Assembly (NCBI RefSeq): GCF_006345805.1
Contig: NC_043000.1
Coordinates: 88,598,001-88,662,000 of the forward strand
Length of the DNA: 64,000 nt
From: Octopus sinensis
Lineage: Eukaryota
Direction: 5' to 3'
Shown: piece after piece, positions 52,249 through 64,000 of the stretch
Numbering within the stretch: the stretch's first letter is position 1
Layout: every line of letters starts with the position of its first letter
The notes under the pieces: generated by a model
The model's input: only the letters and a program-made list of their open reading frames with translations
Databases searched by the model: none
What the model was told of the DNA's origin: nothing
Made by a program: the position numbers and the translations under genes

Positions 52249-55200
52249 TTACCTGGTGCCAAACATAACCATCTTGTATGCCACGGGCTTCCATCTTTTC
52301 ACAAACATATCTCGTGACAGACACCTCTTCTCCAGCCTGATTTTGCTACTGAAGTGGTAACTGAAAAAGTTAATCAACCCCTGGCCAGAGACAAAGGTGC
52401 CTGTCACTATACCTTTCGTACGCGTCTTCCATACTGTTTCTTTCAGTATGGCTACTACACAGAAAAGACAAGCCTTTCTTTCCCTGTTAAGGAAAGGGGG
52501 CGGCATAATCTCGATGATAGACTCAGCTGATAGCTGTACTCTTCCCATCACTGACAACAGTTGTTCAACAAAAGCTATCAGTCCCGATAATTCCGGACAC
52601 TCCACGAATGCGTGCAAGACGGTCTCCCTATCCTGCTCACATCGCGGGCATGTCGGCGAGACGGCACTACCGTGCCTTGACAGCTTGTCGCTAACAGGTA
52701 AAGCCGCACGGAAACACTGCCAGGCTAGGGATTTCTGGTAATTATCCAGATACCCCGGCCCGAACGTCCTCCGGAACAGGTTGACCAACTGATTTTCATT
52801 GTAGCCCAGGGTCTCCCCCAAGGCGTCTTCGGACTTAATCTCCACTAACCCGCTATAGAAATCCGTGGTGGAACTCCTGTTGCCGGCGTTGCCCACCCGA
52901 GATAGTAGCTGGAGCGCCTGACGGCACTCCAAATGCCATTCACTCAGTTTAGGTCTCCGCTTGATCCATGCACCGATGTCCGTTAGGGATGTTAACTGGG
53001 GAAGGTAGAACCGGACGTGCGGCGACCACACCTGCTCTCCATCCAGGTAAAGCCAGAGGTGCCTCAACCTTAACGCGAGTTTTCGCATCCTCAGCCAAGG
53101 CATCCCTAGCCCACCCTTTAGCGGTTTCTGGCAGCAGACAGAGCGCTTACAAGTGGCTTTCCTCCTTTCCACAAAAATCGGAAAAGGATTCTCTCCAACT
53201 TGTTCAGCCACAAATCGGGGCAAGGCACCACGGTCAGACGGTAGGTGATTACTGATGCTATAAACATCTGCACCACCTCCGCCTTCCCTAGCAGGGATAA
53301 CGCCCGCCCAGACCAGGTCTGGGTTAGAGCGGTCACCTTGTTGGCCACCTCACTCCAATTTTTCTCAATCTGGAGGTCTGGCCCGAACCAGACTCCGAGC
53401 AGCTTAACAGGACCTTCCGTCCAACGCCCTACGACGTTATTGGACGGCATCGGCTTGCCCCTCCAGGTGCCGAGTTGCAAACCGACCGACTTGTCCTTGT
53501 TAACCTTTGCTCCTGCCACCACCTCGTAGCTTTTGATGGCCTCTTCCACCACTGGAAGCTGGCCTTCGTCTGCCACGATGATGGAGGTGTCATCCGCATA
53601 CGCCGTAGCTCCTCTTCCACACCATAGATCATGCGGCGCGCCCCCTAGTGCCTCCAACTTCCGCAGCAAAGGCTCAAGAGCCAATACGTATAGGAGCGAG
53701 GACAGGGGACACCCTTGACGAACTGAACGCTCGATCCTGAACGGCTTCGAAAAGGAACCGTTCACCTTGACTACAGCCTCGATGTCGCTATACAAAGCAG
53801 CGATCCAACCTCGAAAGGTCGGGCCTAGGCCAGCCTCTCCGAGGACTGCCGCCAGGTACCGATGGTCGACCCTATCAAATGCTTTGGACTGGTCTAAATG
53901 TACCAGTGCTCCCCCTGCGCCAGAAAGCTTCCCCACCCTCTCTAAGGAGTAGCGTATAAGGTGGAGATTGTCGTGGATCGTTCTGCCGGGGATAGCGCAC
54001 GTTTGCGCTTCCCCGACAAGTTTGTCCACGACCCGCGCCAACCTTTTTGCTAGCACCTTGGCCAGAATCTTTAACTCTGTGTTTAACAGAGTTATGGGCC
54101 TGAAGTTCCCTATCTCGTCCCCCTTGTTCGGGTCCTTCCTGATCAACGTCACCGCCCCCCGGCTCGCAGAGTTGGGAATTCTCCCATTCTGCTGCCAGTT
54201 GGCGTAGACGCTAGCCAGCAGGTGCCCGAACAAGTCTGGCATACTTCTATAAAATTCATAGGGCAGACCATCGAGACCCGGCGACTTCTCCCCGGGGCAC
54301 TTTCCCAACACCTCGATTACTTCCTCGGTTGTGATTGGCCCTTCACAGCACTCAGCCTCTCGTGTCGAGAGGCGCGGGCCACCAGACAGGAAGTCCCTAA
54401 GGGCCTCACCATGATCCAGCGTCCCGCACCTCCCGAACAACTCGGCGAAGTGCTTGTGAAGTGCCTCACACATCTCGTCCCGCTTCTTGATCGTGCATCC
54501 GTTTTCATCAATAGAGACCCAATTGTGGAATCGTTTCCACGCTGTGTTTCTATCGTACGGGCCCATCCGGCAACATTAATTCCCTCACGGCCCAATGCTC
54601 GTACTTTAGCCCGGACTCTACATCCCTCATGTTTGGTTTTGAGGTGACGGTCTAATGCCGTTCTCGCCGCTAAAATGTGAGATGCAGAGCCCAACCTCAA
54701 CGCCTCCTCTAAGTTCTTAACTAGTTGCCCTTCTATTCTAGCCCTATCTAGTCTTAGTTGTTTACTAAATCTAATGGACTCGAATCGAATGGCTCTTTTG
54801 AGGGTGAACCACCACCGATTATTAACCACGGCTCCGGTTAACGCCATCTGCACTAACACCTTAATCCGGCTACGGTATGCCTCGCGTGTCAAAATAGACT
54901 TGTTCAGCTTCCAGTAGCCGGTTCCTATCTTAAGTGTGCTATCTATGTCCAGTCTACACGTGACCATTCTATGGTCAGTATAGGGCACCTGGACGAGCTG
55001 TGGACAACTAAAACTAGACTTATCTCTAGTTCTTATCACTATCCTGTCTAGATAAGACTTGAACCTTCCGTCGCCACTCATCCAGGTCCACTCTGGGACG
55101 TTCGGATGGTCAAGTCTGTAACGATCTGCCAGCTGAAACCGCTTAAGCAGATCCATGAGACGTGAGTTCACTTTCCTATAGATCGAGCCAACGCTATCGA

Positions 55201-55648
55201 TGTGTACGTCAACGATAGCATTAAAGTCCCCTAATATCACTAAAGTCTTCGACGTCACGAGAAAGCCCTCTAGGCGCCGATAAAAATCAGTTTGGAAACC
55301 TCTAGCACAAGGTGCATAGAGTCCGATCAACCTGAAGGCCTTACTGCTGTATGTCACATCAAGGACGACCAGCCCACCTTCTGGGTCTACATAGACTGTA
55401 CTTGTCTGTAGAGCCAAGTCTTTACGGATCAGTACCACTACGCCCCCTCGCCCTCCGGTCTGGCCAGGAGACATGATTTTCTCGTAGCCATTCAGGAGAG
55501 GCGAGAAGGTTTGTAGGCTGTCCAGCTTGCTCTCTGTAGCAACCATCACATGTATATCATGTGATCTGAGGTCGTCGAGGAAACAAGCCTGCTTCCACTT
55601 CGAACTCAGACCACGCACATTTAAACAACCAAGGTTAAGCGAAGCCAT
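52249..55648 (-). pseudogene. Tx1 ORF2 (AP endonuclease, reverse transcriptase, C-terminal zinc finger), split by two frameshifts
   Basis: LNVRGL, ILGDFN, LDRI, TDH (APE); FRPITLLN, LDQSKAFDRVDH, RQGCPLS, YADD (RT); CPRC..ETVLHAFVEC; overlapping ORFs 54317-55648, 53118-54566, 52249-53223. Confidence 0.93.
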
Positions 55649-55665
55649 TACAAAAAGTAAAAGTT

Positions 55666-57068
55666 CTACTTACATTTCGTTGGAGAGGTGGGGACCGACC
55701 TCACCACACGTTTGTGGGCCCCTTCTTTCTCCTCTTTCTTCAGATAGTCCGGCAAGTTCGCGATATGCCGGATGGCGTTTGGGTGTCTGTCTTTTAATTG
55801 TTTGAACGTTGTTTCCGCAATCCACGCGTGTCTATTTCGATCTTTGTATTTGTTGTACAGTCTTGCTGACTGATGCTGAACCACAATATCGTTTATGTAT
55901 TTGTCTTGTGTGTCGAATTCAATTAATATGAGTTCATTTTCTTTTTTGTCTTCTTTTTCTGGGCCAGTTGAGCGGGATTTTTTTTCCGTGTCTGTAGTGT
56001 GTCTTTGTTTTTATTATTTTTTGTAGGGGATGTGGACGGGGATGCTGCACGAATTCTTTTACGAACTGGTGTAAATCCCCCCTCTGATACCTCCATGGTA
56101 TCGTCTGGGGTGGCAATAGTTTGTTCGGTAGGCGCCGCAGTTTTTAGGGGTGTGGGAGGTTTTAATAGTGTAGGGGTTTGTGAGTGCGAGGGCTGGGTTT
56201 TTTCTTCAGTCTGTTTTGGGGTTGGCACCGTAACAGCAGGAGTGGGATTTTTTGTTTTTGTAGGGGTAGGTGTGTTTGCAAGGGTAGGGACTTTTTTATT
56301 ATCTGAGGGGCCTGGTGTCTGCGGTTTCTTTTGCTTGTCTGGACAGTCTACACGAATGTGGCCCTTTTTGCCGCAGGCGTAACAGGTGGGTTTTCGGCCT
56401 TCGACCTGTACCCTGAGGGCTACGTTCTCGCCCACAAGCACCCTCTCAGGAAGGAGCTGCAGGTCCTCCGCTATTCCTTGAATTAATATATTAATGTTAC
56501 GCCCGAGCCAAAATAGAGGGGTAGAGCATGTTACTTGTAGTATTTTTATTTTGTCTGCCCTTTTGTATAACAGGGCGGCCACTACCTCTACCGGATCTAC
56601 TTCCGGCGGGGCTTCTACAATCCTGACCCGGGACGTCCTGCGTCCCCTATAGCTTGGGAAAAGTACCACCTCCTTGGTTTTTAGGGGGTTCACAGAATGC
56701 CCGCGGGCCATTTCTTCCCCCGAGAAGCGGACATCCACAGTGCCATATGCCCGTCCCCTGGCGACGTACACGATGTCCTTCCAAATCGGGGACAGGCATT
56801 TCTCGATGGTGCTTTTTTCAAAGTGTTTGAACCTTCTGCTTTGTGGACAGAAAGTTTTAAACACTACGGTCTGCTTCTCGGTCTCCACGATACTGGCAGA
56901 GGGTGATATTTTAACATCACCACCCTCCTCTTGCATTCTTTTAAATAGCTCGACGAGCTAATTGACATCGATGTCAATGTTCTCGGTAGCCACTGCGGCT
57001 ACCGCAGAAAATTTTTTAACATTGCTCTCCTCAAGAGCACTACTTTCGTGAATAATTTCAAAAGGCAT
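55666..57068 (-). pseudogene. Tx1 ORF1 (gag-like, zinc knuckle)
   Basis: CYACGKKGHIRVDC within ORF 55923-56936; in-frame upstream ATG at 57068 separated by one TAG (56958-56960); another open frame continues from ~55985 to 55666, just before the ORF2 ATG. Confidence 0.85.
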
Positions 57069-57745
57069 TATTCTGTTGAAATTAGACAACACAAAAATTA
57101 CGAATATTGGTTTCCCACAAAACTGGGAAACCTATAAAAAGTTTTTCTTCCAAAGTAGTTCAAAAAAGCAGTTCAAAAATTCCAATTCCCACCCCCCATT
57201 CGGGGGAGGGGCACGAAAATAGTCTGACAGGACTATATATAGTCACGTAAATAAAAAGCCACAATGGCTAACAGTTCAACGGTAAGAAATTATTCAATTA
57301 TTTCCCGGTAAAACCGGAGAACAAGACAGTTCAGCAACGTTTAAAGGCAAATTTTCAGTAGTAGGAATTAACAACACAGCAAAACTCTTACCGGGAAGAA
57401 AACGCGTCCAAACCGTAGTACGGTAAGCAAAGTCAGTCTTCTGTCAGCGAGGTTAGCAAGCTACTTACCACACAGCCACTCCTGCGCCTTGAATCTCGTT
57501 AATAATCTCACAATAAATGACTTTTATTACTTTTATTCCTATCTCATTTCATCTAATTGTATATATCTTTCGTTACTTTTCATAAAAGCCTTTATTTTTT
57601 TTTACTAATTTTTATATTTATTTACAATGTGCATTTTCGTTGATTTTTCTTACTTTCCCCTTACATTACCACCCGTAGTTTCTATTTTCTTTTTGTAACA
57701 TATATATATATGTGTATGTAGTATTTATATATATATATTATATAT

Positions 57746-57776
<31 letters not shown>

Positions 57777-57811
57777 CTATATATATGTATATATATTATA
57801 TATATATATTA

Positions 57812-58039
57812 TATACCAATTAGGACTGAACACGAAAAGTGGACAGTCAACATGCTAGATATAGACGTCAAATCGCCATTCACCACAAAAGATTATGTTC
57901 TCAGATCAAACTCAACACAAAACCATAGCAATAACAAGTGAAAAATATACGAAATAAATAATTACCCATGTACTAAATAGTTTCAGCTGTTATTTTCCGC
58001 AAGGAAAACTGCAGCCATCATCAGCATGGTCCGTTATAA

Positions 58040-58042
<3 letters not shown>
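57812..58042 (-). mobile_element. Solo ~230-bp hammerhead-bearing terminal repeat between two (TA)n tracts
   Basis: Homologous to 45060-45110 and 45383-45590; (TA)n on both sides. Confidence 0.85.
57966..58029 (-). ncRNA. Type I hammerhead ribozyme, intact core
   Basis: Reverse complement CCATG-CTGATGA-T-GGCTG..ttttcc ttgc ggaaaa..CAGCT-GAAAC-T-ATTT-A-GTA-CATGG; predicted cleavage between 57971 and 57970. Confidence 0.85.
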
Positions 58043-58083
<41 letters not shown>

Positions 58084-58766
58084 ATATATATATTATATGT
58101 AGGAAATACAAACTGGGACAAGAACGTAAAACATTTAGAAGGCGATACAAAAAACACGGACGGGGCATTCGAAGCCTTCAATCTTCAGTCAAGAACCGGA
58201 TCATCCTAGCAATTTCGGCTGATTAATCTTGAAATCGCTCCGATCCGGCCAGCCCCAAGGAAAAACTAAGCTACGAGCATTAGACTTCTTGGAAGAAGGA
58301 TCGAATGTATACGAAACAGGGACAGAAAAGCGGACGATGCCACACGAATATAAAATACAAAGAACAATAATGGTAAAAACAAGACAAAAACAGCGGGTGT
58401 CTTACGACTAATAAACAGTACAAGTTTAGCTGGCGTATTTGGAAAAAATGCCTTTATCGGCAGAGGAAGACAGAGATGTTCTCACGGCAGTGGTCGGAGG
58501 CCAAAAAGGCTGATTTGACCAGCGGTCACGTGAGAGAAGAGAGAGAAAAGAAAGGAGGCAAAGGAAACAAAGAGAGAGAGAAAAAGAGGGACGGAGGCAA
58601 CACAGGGGGGAGAAGAGAGGGAAAGAAGGAATTAAAGAGGGGAGAAGAAAGAGTGCGTGCCAGGGATTGGCTTGTGAGTGCAAAGTGAGAAATACAGAGA
58701 AATGTGAGAGAGTGGGAGAAGAGTAGACCAGAGAATCAGAGCCAAGAAAAGAGAAAAGGAGGAGAC

Positions 58767-58842
<76 letters not shown>

Positions 58843-58844
<2 letters not shown>

Positions 58845-58997
58845 GATCTGTTTCTTTCAATTTCCGTCTACCAAATCCATTCAAAAGGCTTTGGTTGAGC
58901 CTAGGCTATAATAGAAGACACTTGTCCAATGTGCCACGTAGTGAGACTGAATATGGATCCGTGTGGTTGAGTAGCAGGTTTCTTACCATATAGCCGC
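58843..58997 (-). mobile_element. Partial CORE-type SINE family B (head)
   Basis: tttccgtctaccaaatcca...agaagacacttgtccaa. Confidence 0.75.
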
Positions 58998-59984
58998 GTC
59001 TTTTTTTCTTTTAAAGCAAAAATTACCATCAGTTGTGTGATTTGGTATATGAAAAACTAGGTTGCAAATATTGATGAAACACTATTGTCTGCAAACAGAA
59101 ACATTAAAGAAACCACAATAACGCGCCCACTTCATGCACCAAAGCAATAATGTTAAATGAAAGACTGCTGGTTGTGACGGAAAAATAGAAACATGAAATG
59201 AGTTTTTATGTAGCATACTGTATTTCAGCCGAAAATTGTTGAAGTTCATCGAGTCAGGCACCGTCGTCAACTACTTCCAGTTTGCTGTTCTTTGACAAAT
59301 TTCGAAACAGCAGTAAATTTACCGCTGTTCTAGTTCTATTTTTATGAATATAATTGCAGCATATATAAAAGACTTTAAAATAATTCTATTCTTTATGCTG
59401 AAAGTTTTCATGATAATGCAGTGTATGTTTTAACATTACTATTATAGTTTGGAGAACATCTATGCTCATACATTAGTGAAGACGCGTGACCAAGTTGCTA
59501 TGGTTTTGCATTCAAGATCTGTATCAAGCAGAATTGTAAATACTATATTTTGTAATTCATATATACATGTTATTCAAGATTGTGTATAATTCTTAACGAA
59601 TTATTAATAAATTTTTAAAATCTGCACTTTATTTTTACCTTTGAAGCTCTTTGTTGTTTCATATATTCTATCGAATAAATAACATCGTGTATTCGTTTAA
59701 ACTTAAATCACTTTTCACAGCGTGCTTCATGTTACACACGCACACTCATACACTATCACATAGACAGAGGCACATTAATAAAAAAATACGAGGGCAGTAT
59801 GTATCATAAGACATGATTTCCAAGTCTGTATTCAAGTATGTACAAATCACACAGATAATCATATATATGTATACGCATGTATAGTTACTTCGAAGACAGT
59901 GAGCTCAGGAAAAATATCTCAAGTGGGTTAATAGCATGGATTTTAATAATTTCAAGTAGGTGGAATTTTACTGAATGATGTCAG

Positions 59985-60303
59985 TAAGATAATAATAATA
60001 ATAATAACAATAATAACAATAATAATAACAATAATAATAATAATAATAACAATAATGACAATAATAACAACAATAATAATAATAATATTAATAATAATAA
60101 TAATAATAATAATAACAATTATAATAATAATAATAATAACATAATGACAATAATAACAACAATAATAATAATAATATTAATAATAATAATAATAATAATA
60201 ATAACAATTATAATAATAATAATAATAACAATAATGACAATAATAATAACAATAATAATAATAATAATAATATTAATAATAACAATAATGATAACAACAT
60301 AAT
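59985..60303. repeat. (AAT)n/(AAC) microsatellite with higher-order repeat units
   Basis: Directly visible; an ~87-bp unit is repeated. Confidence 0.95.
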
Positions 60304-60911
60304 AAATCAGAAATAGTTAAGAATTCTTAATGGATGAAATTTTTCACGAAGCTGAAAAAAACCCCATAAAAGTAGCGACAATAGTTAATGACTCTGAAAT
60401 CAAAAGAACGGGGTGATGTTTTTTTTAAAAAGAGATATCAGTTTTAGAGAAAGTGATTTTTTATGTTTACGGGAATATCCTGATATTGTATTAGATGCGA
60501 AAATTACTGTAACAGATACATTCGATTAGTATGAAATTTCGTATAATTATAGTTTAAATAAAATGGCTTTGATCGTACAGAGACTCAAATAAATGAAGAA
60601 AGAGCTATGAAGAGATAAAGGTAGTATTATTTTCACAATCAGTGCGACAACGGTGCGGTTTGACATTTTTGTAATCATGCAATCATATGTCAAAAATAAT
60701 ATCTTTCACTTTTTGTCAAAATCTCATACTTTTGAGAGATTCTTCATATCTCTATCAATTTGAATAGAGATGTATATGTGTGCATGTATATAAGTGTGTG
60801 TTTCTGTCTGCGTGTGTGTGTGAGCCACTGTTTTCAGCCTGTTCTTTGATTGTGCGGTGTCCCCTAAAGGGAAATCCCTTAACATTCTGTAACGTTCGTA
60901 GTGTCTCCTCG

Positions 60912-61217
60912 GGATATTTTCGGTTTGAACGGCAGTTTTTTAAAATAATTTCCACTTAACTAAACACTTTTAAACTTCGTATACTGGTAGAATGTGTTTA
61001 TAAAACATATTTTTCTCTTGGCTTTATTGAGAAATTCCTATAGTTTGTAAGATATTTGTTGTTTTTTCTTCAATTTCTGCAATTTCAACCAATCAATGAC
61101 GTCTATTGAGGTGAGAACATTCTGTGCCGTAAGAATATGTCCCTCGTTTAAGAAACAGATTAGGTTTATGTACATTTCTGAAGAAAAAAAGAACTACCGT
61201 TCAAACCGGAAAGATCC
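60912..61217. mobile_element. 306-bp MITE with GGAT(C) TIRs and 8-bp TSD (Merlin-like)
   Basis: ggatattttcggtttgaacggcagtt versus aactaccgttcaaaccggaaagatcc; TSD tctcctcg/tcgcctcg. Confidence 0.8.
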
Positions 61218-62141
61218 TCGCCTCGTAAACGATTCGAAAACTTCGATGATATTCTCTATTCTAGATAGGGATTGAGTAACTTGCACATAGCTGCTAACCT
61301 TACTCAAACCTAGACGTATAATTTATTCAAAAATTTTATTGTGTAGTGCTGTTATGATAGTGAGATATCCGGATTGACAAGATTAGCGTCATCTGTATAT
61401 TTTCGTAAATTTGATATGTACGAATACCTGAGGTTTAATTAGTATAGAATAAGTAGAATGATTAGACTGGAGTTAGTTATAATAAATATAGATAATTTGT
61501 GTATAGATCAATTAGATCGAGAATCATTGGCCAGAGATGTAAGAAAATTTCTCCCACCCAGCATATATAATCTCCTGAAAGGGAGATTGAGAAAATAAAA
61601 ACAAAGAATGAATTATACCTCTGAGACGCTATAATTACAATGGCAATAACGATAAATGGATAAAGAAAAAACAGAGAACAATAAATTAATAGAGGAGCTG
61701 AAAAACATGATAGGCAACAGGTGACTCGTACAGACATAATTAAGCATTTTTACAAATTAAGCCTATATACTTATAAGCTTTAACATTAATATCCAATTCA
61801 AAGGCGCCGAGGCTGATTTTGGTTTTCATCCGTTCGGGATTTATAGAATTTGACTGCTGGATCGATATAATCGACTTACTCCAAAATTAGTATCGAGTTC
61901 AGAAATATATAAATTAGCTTTAACTTAAATGCCGAAAAAATAAGAGTAAAATTTCTAAACAATTAACTATGAAGTAAAGTTGCCAAAATTAATAGAAAAG
62001 AGAAGAAAAAAAAATCAATAAAGCTACTGAGACAGAAATAGATTAACTATGAATACAAAGCCACCAATAATAACATTGTCCCGCTTATAAATAATAAATA
62101 AAGCGGTTAAGGTCAATAAAGATACGTTAAATCGTTATATA

Positions 62142-63377
62142 CTAGCAATGCACTCCGGCGTTGTCTGTATGTTATGACCTACATCCACATCGTAGTATAT
62201 ATATATATATATATATATACTCAATTTTCGAATGCAAGTGGAACGTACGCGCTACACACAATGTACTCCGGCGTTGCCCGGCTCGTTGATAACAATAACA
62301 TCACGACCAATTTGTATTGCAGTACGTCTTTGATAAGGAAAAATTGATTTGAAATTGTACAAATCAGTGGACACGGTGTGCATCCCGATCAATGAAGGGA
62401 CTCGCACCGTGGACGGATCGTGTGTATATGAACTTAATTTGCTCTCGCATAGATGCGCGGTGATGTTGTCTTCACTGAGGTTATAAAGTGAGAAAATTGT
62501 TTTCCATCGCATCACCCGCGTTATAGTACATGCTCAAACACTGAAAAATAAGGAGGTTGTAGCAAAATCCTTACGAACTTTGCAACTTATGGAATGAATA
62601 ACAGACATGAATATATACTAATAACGATAAGCAACTCTGCATTAATTGGGTCGAATAAAAAGAAAAATGTTGAAGACAAAATCTCGAAAGGTTTTAGTCA
62701 TTGTTTCACGTCTTTACTACACTTGAATGAATATAGGTTCTTACTGTGCGCAATCCTCGGAAAAATTTTATTGAAATTAAACCTGAGAGCACTCCTTTAG
62801 CATTCCTGGGTCGTTTGCTACCAAGAAAATCTACATGGACAAATTGTTTTCGGTAGTAATGCCAGAAGCGATCACAATTATGCCAGAACACGGTTTATTA
62901 GTAAATTTTTCGTTGAAAAAAAAGGCTTTGTAAGAAGAAATGCTATTATAATACTTCAAAGAGATTATTTAATCATGGAATACTGAAGGCGTTCATATTG
63001 GAGGTTTAGTTGTGGCATAAAGACCATTATTGAAGGAAAATGTGCCAATAATTGTTCAAACAAAGCATTTTTTGTTCATTTTCCGTTGACAAATAGGGTT
63101 TCGAGCATCACAAGTGCACTCCTAACACTCCTTGTATATTGCTGCATTTTGTGACACCAAAAACGTTACAATGGGTAACGTAGATTAGAAGTGAATCTAA
63201 ACATTGCCCGAAAATGACCTAAAAATTGTGCAATCTCGTTTTTGAGGTTATTTTCGTAGTAAAAAAGAGTTGTGAGAAGTCACACTTTATTTGGTAACCA
63301 AAATATTACTGAATCTTTTGATACCACATACGTCTAAATCGGCAACACTGCTTTCGAATTCATACGAAACCTACGCA

Positions 63378-63422
<45 letters not shown>

Positions 63423-63440
63423 CTGCTATATATGTATAGA
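62142..63440 (-). mobile_element. Non-autonomous Helitron
   Basis: Minus strand runs A|TCTATAC... to ...caacgccggagtgcattgCTAG|T: inserted between A and T with no TSD, subterminal GC hairpin remnant. Confidence 0.75.
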
Positions 63441-63463
63441 TAATATATTTGTAACAATGTAAT

Positions 63464-63526
<63 letters not shown>

Positions 63527-64000
63527 TATATATATATATATATAAGTGTATACGTCTTCATATATGTATAATGAATATATGTATCCATATAATGGATATA
63601 TCGATTAACGACTTTTTTATGTGAATTATATAAAAAATTATCATTAAACTAAAGTATCACTCAATAACTTTTAGTAGATTGAGTTCATATTTATAATTTT
63701 TTTAAAGTTGACAGAGACTTCGAAGTTTTAGTTAACAAGCCGTAATTACACTAGTGACGTTAGGTAAACCTAAGATTTTAAGTCGTTGTCAACCCGTTCC
63801 TTGTATAAAGAATTATGTGTATATGTGTACATGCGTGTGAGACGTTCTGTAACATATCTAGACCGCTTACAATAAAGAAGTCAAAGTACTGGGTCTAGAT
63901 ATATATTATTAAGTACAGTGAGCCCAATAAAGTACATTTTATTTCGGTCGATGACAATAATTTTATATAGATGGGTAGAAAAACAGTTATGCTGATAACA

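Larger units (their letters stand above)
52021..57450 (-). mobile_element. Full-length L1/Tx1-clade non-LTR retrotransposon (~5.4 kb)
   Basis: ORF1 with CCHC knuckle plus ORF2 APE-RT-zf-RVT; 16-bp TSD ggttagcaagctactt at 52005-52020 and 57451-57466. Confidence 0.95.

Noticed and set aside
58095-58420. Minus-strand CTGAAGA and GAAA strings in a probable PLE-derived repeat
   Set aside because: Could not build stems I-III in a valid hammerhead topology.
59985-60303. Regular repeat array
   Set aside because: Simple (AAT)n expansion without unique spacers; not CRISPR, and the DNA is eukaryotic.

Overview
AT-rich eukaryotic (animal) DNA, very probably cephalopod/Octopus judging from its SINE families and microsatellite load (inference, not verified). 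No host protein-coding gene is convincingly present; only two weak candidate micro-exons lie on the minus strand. The window is a dense transposon landscape. It holds a full-length, near-intact L1/Tx1-clade LINE (52021-57450, 16-bp TSD) inserted into the tRNA-derived head of a CORE-type SINE, a 5'-truncated RTE LINE, an R4/Dong-like RLE LINE flanked by (CATA)n, and several Penelope-like (PLE) RT/GIY-YIG remnants. DNA transposon relics include Tc1/mariner, hAT, Merlin-like, Helitron and probably piggyBac, alongside three tRNA-derived SINE families. Two signals stand out. (1) About ten hammerhead-ribozyme (HHR) motifs from several unrelated sequence families, two with an intact catalytic core (45397-45458 + and 57966-58029 -), sit in short PLE-type terminal repeats that fold back on themselves and abut (TA)n microsatellites. 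(2) The 3' tail of the Tx1 LINE is shared with one SINE family, which points to a Tx1-SINE partnership. Boundaries of decayed elements are approximate and all alignments were made by eye.
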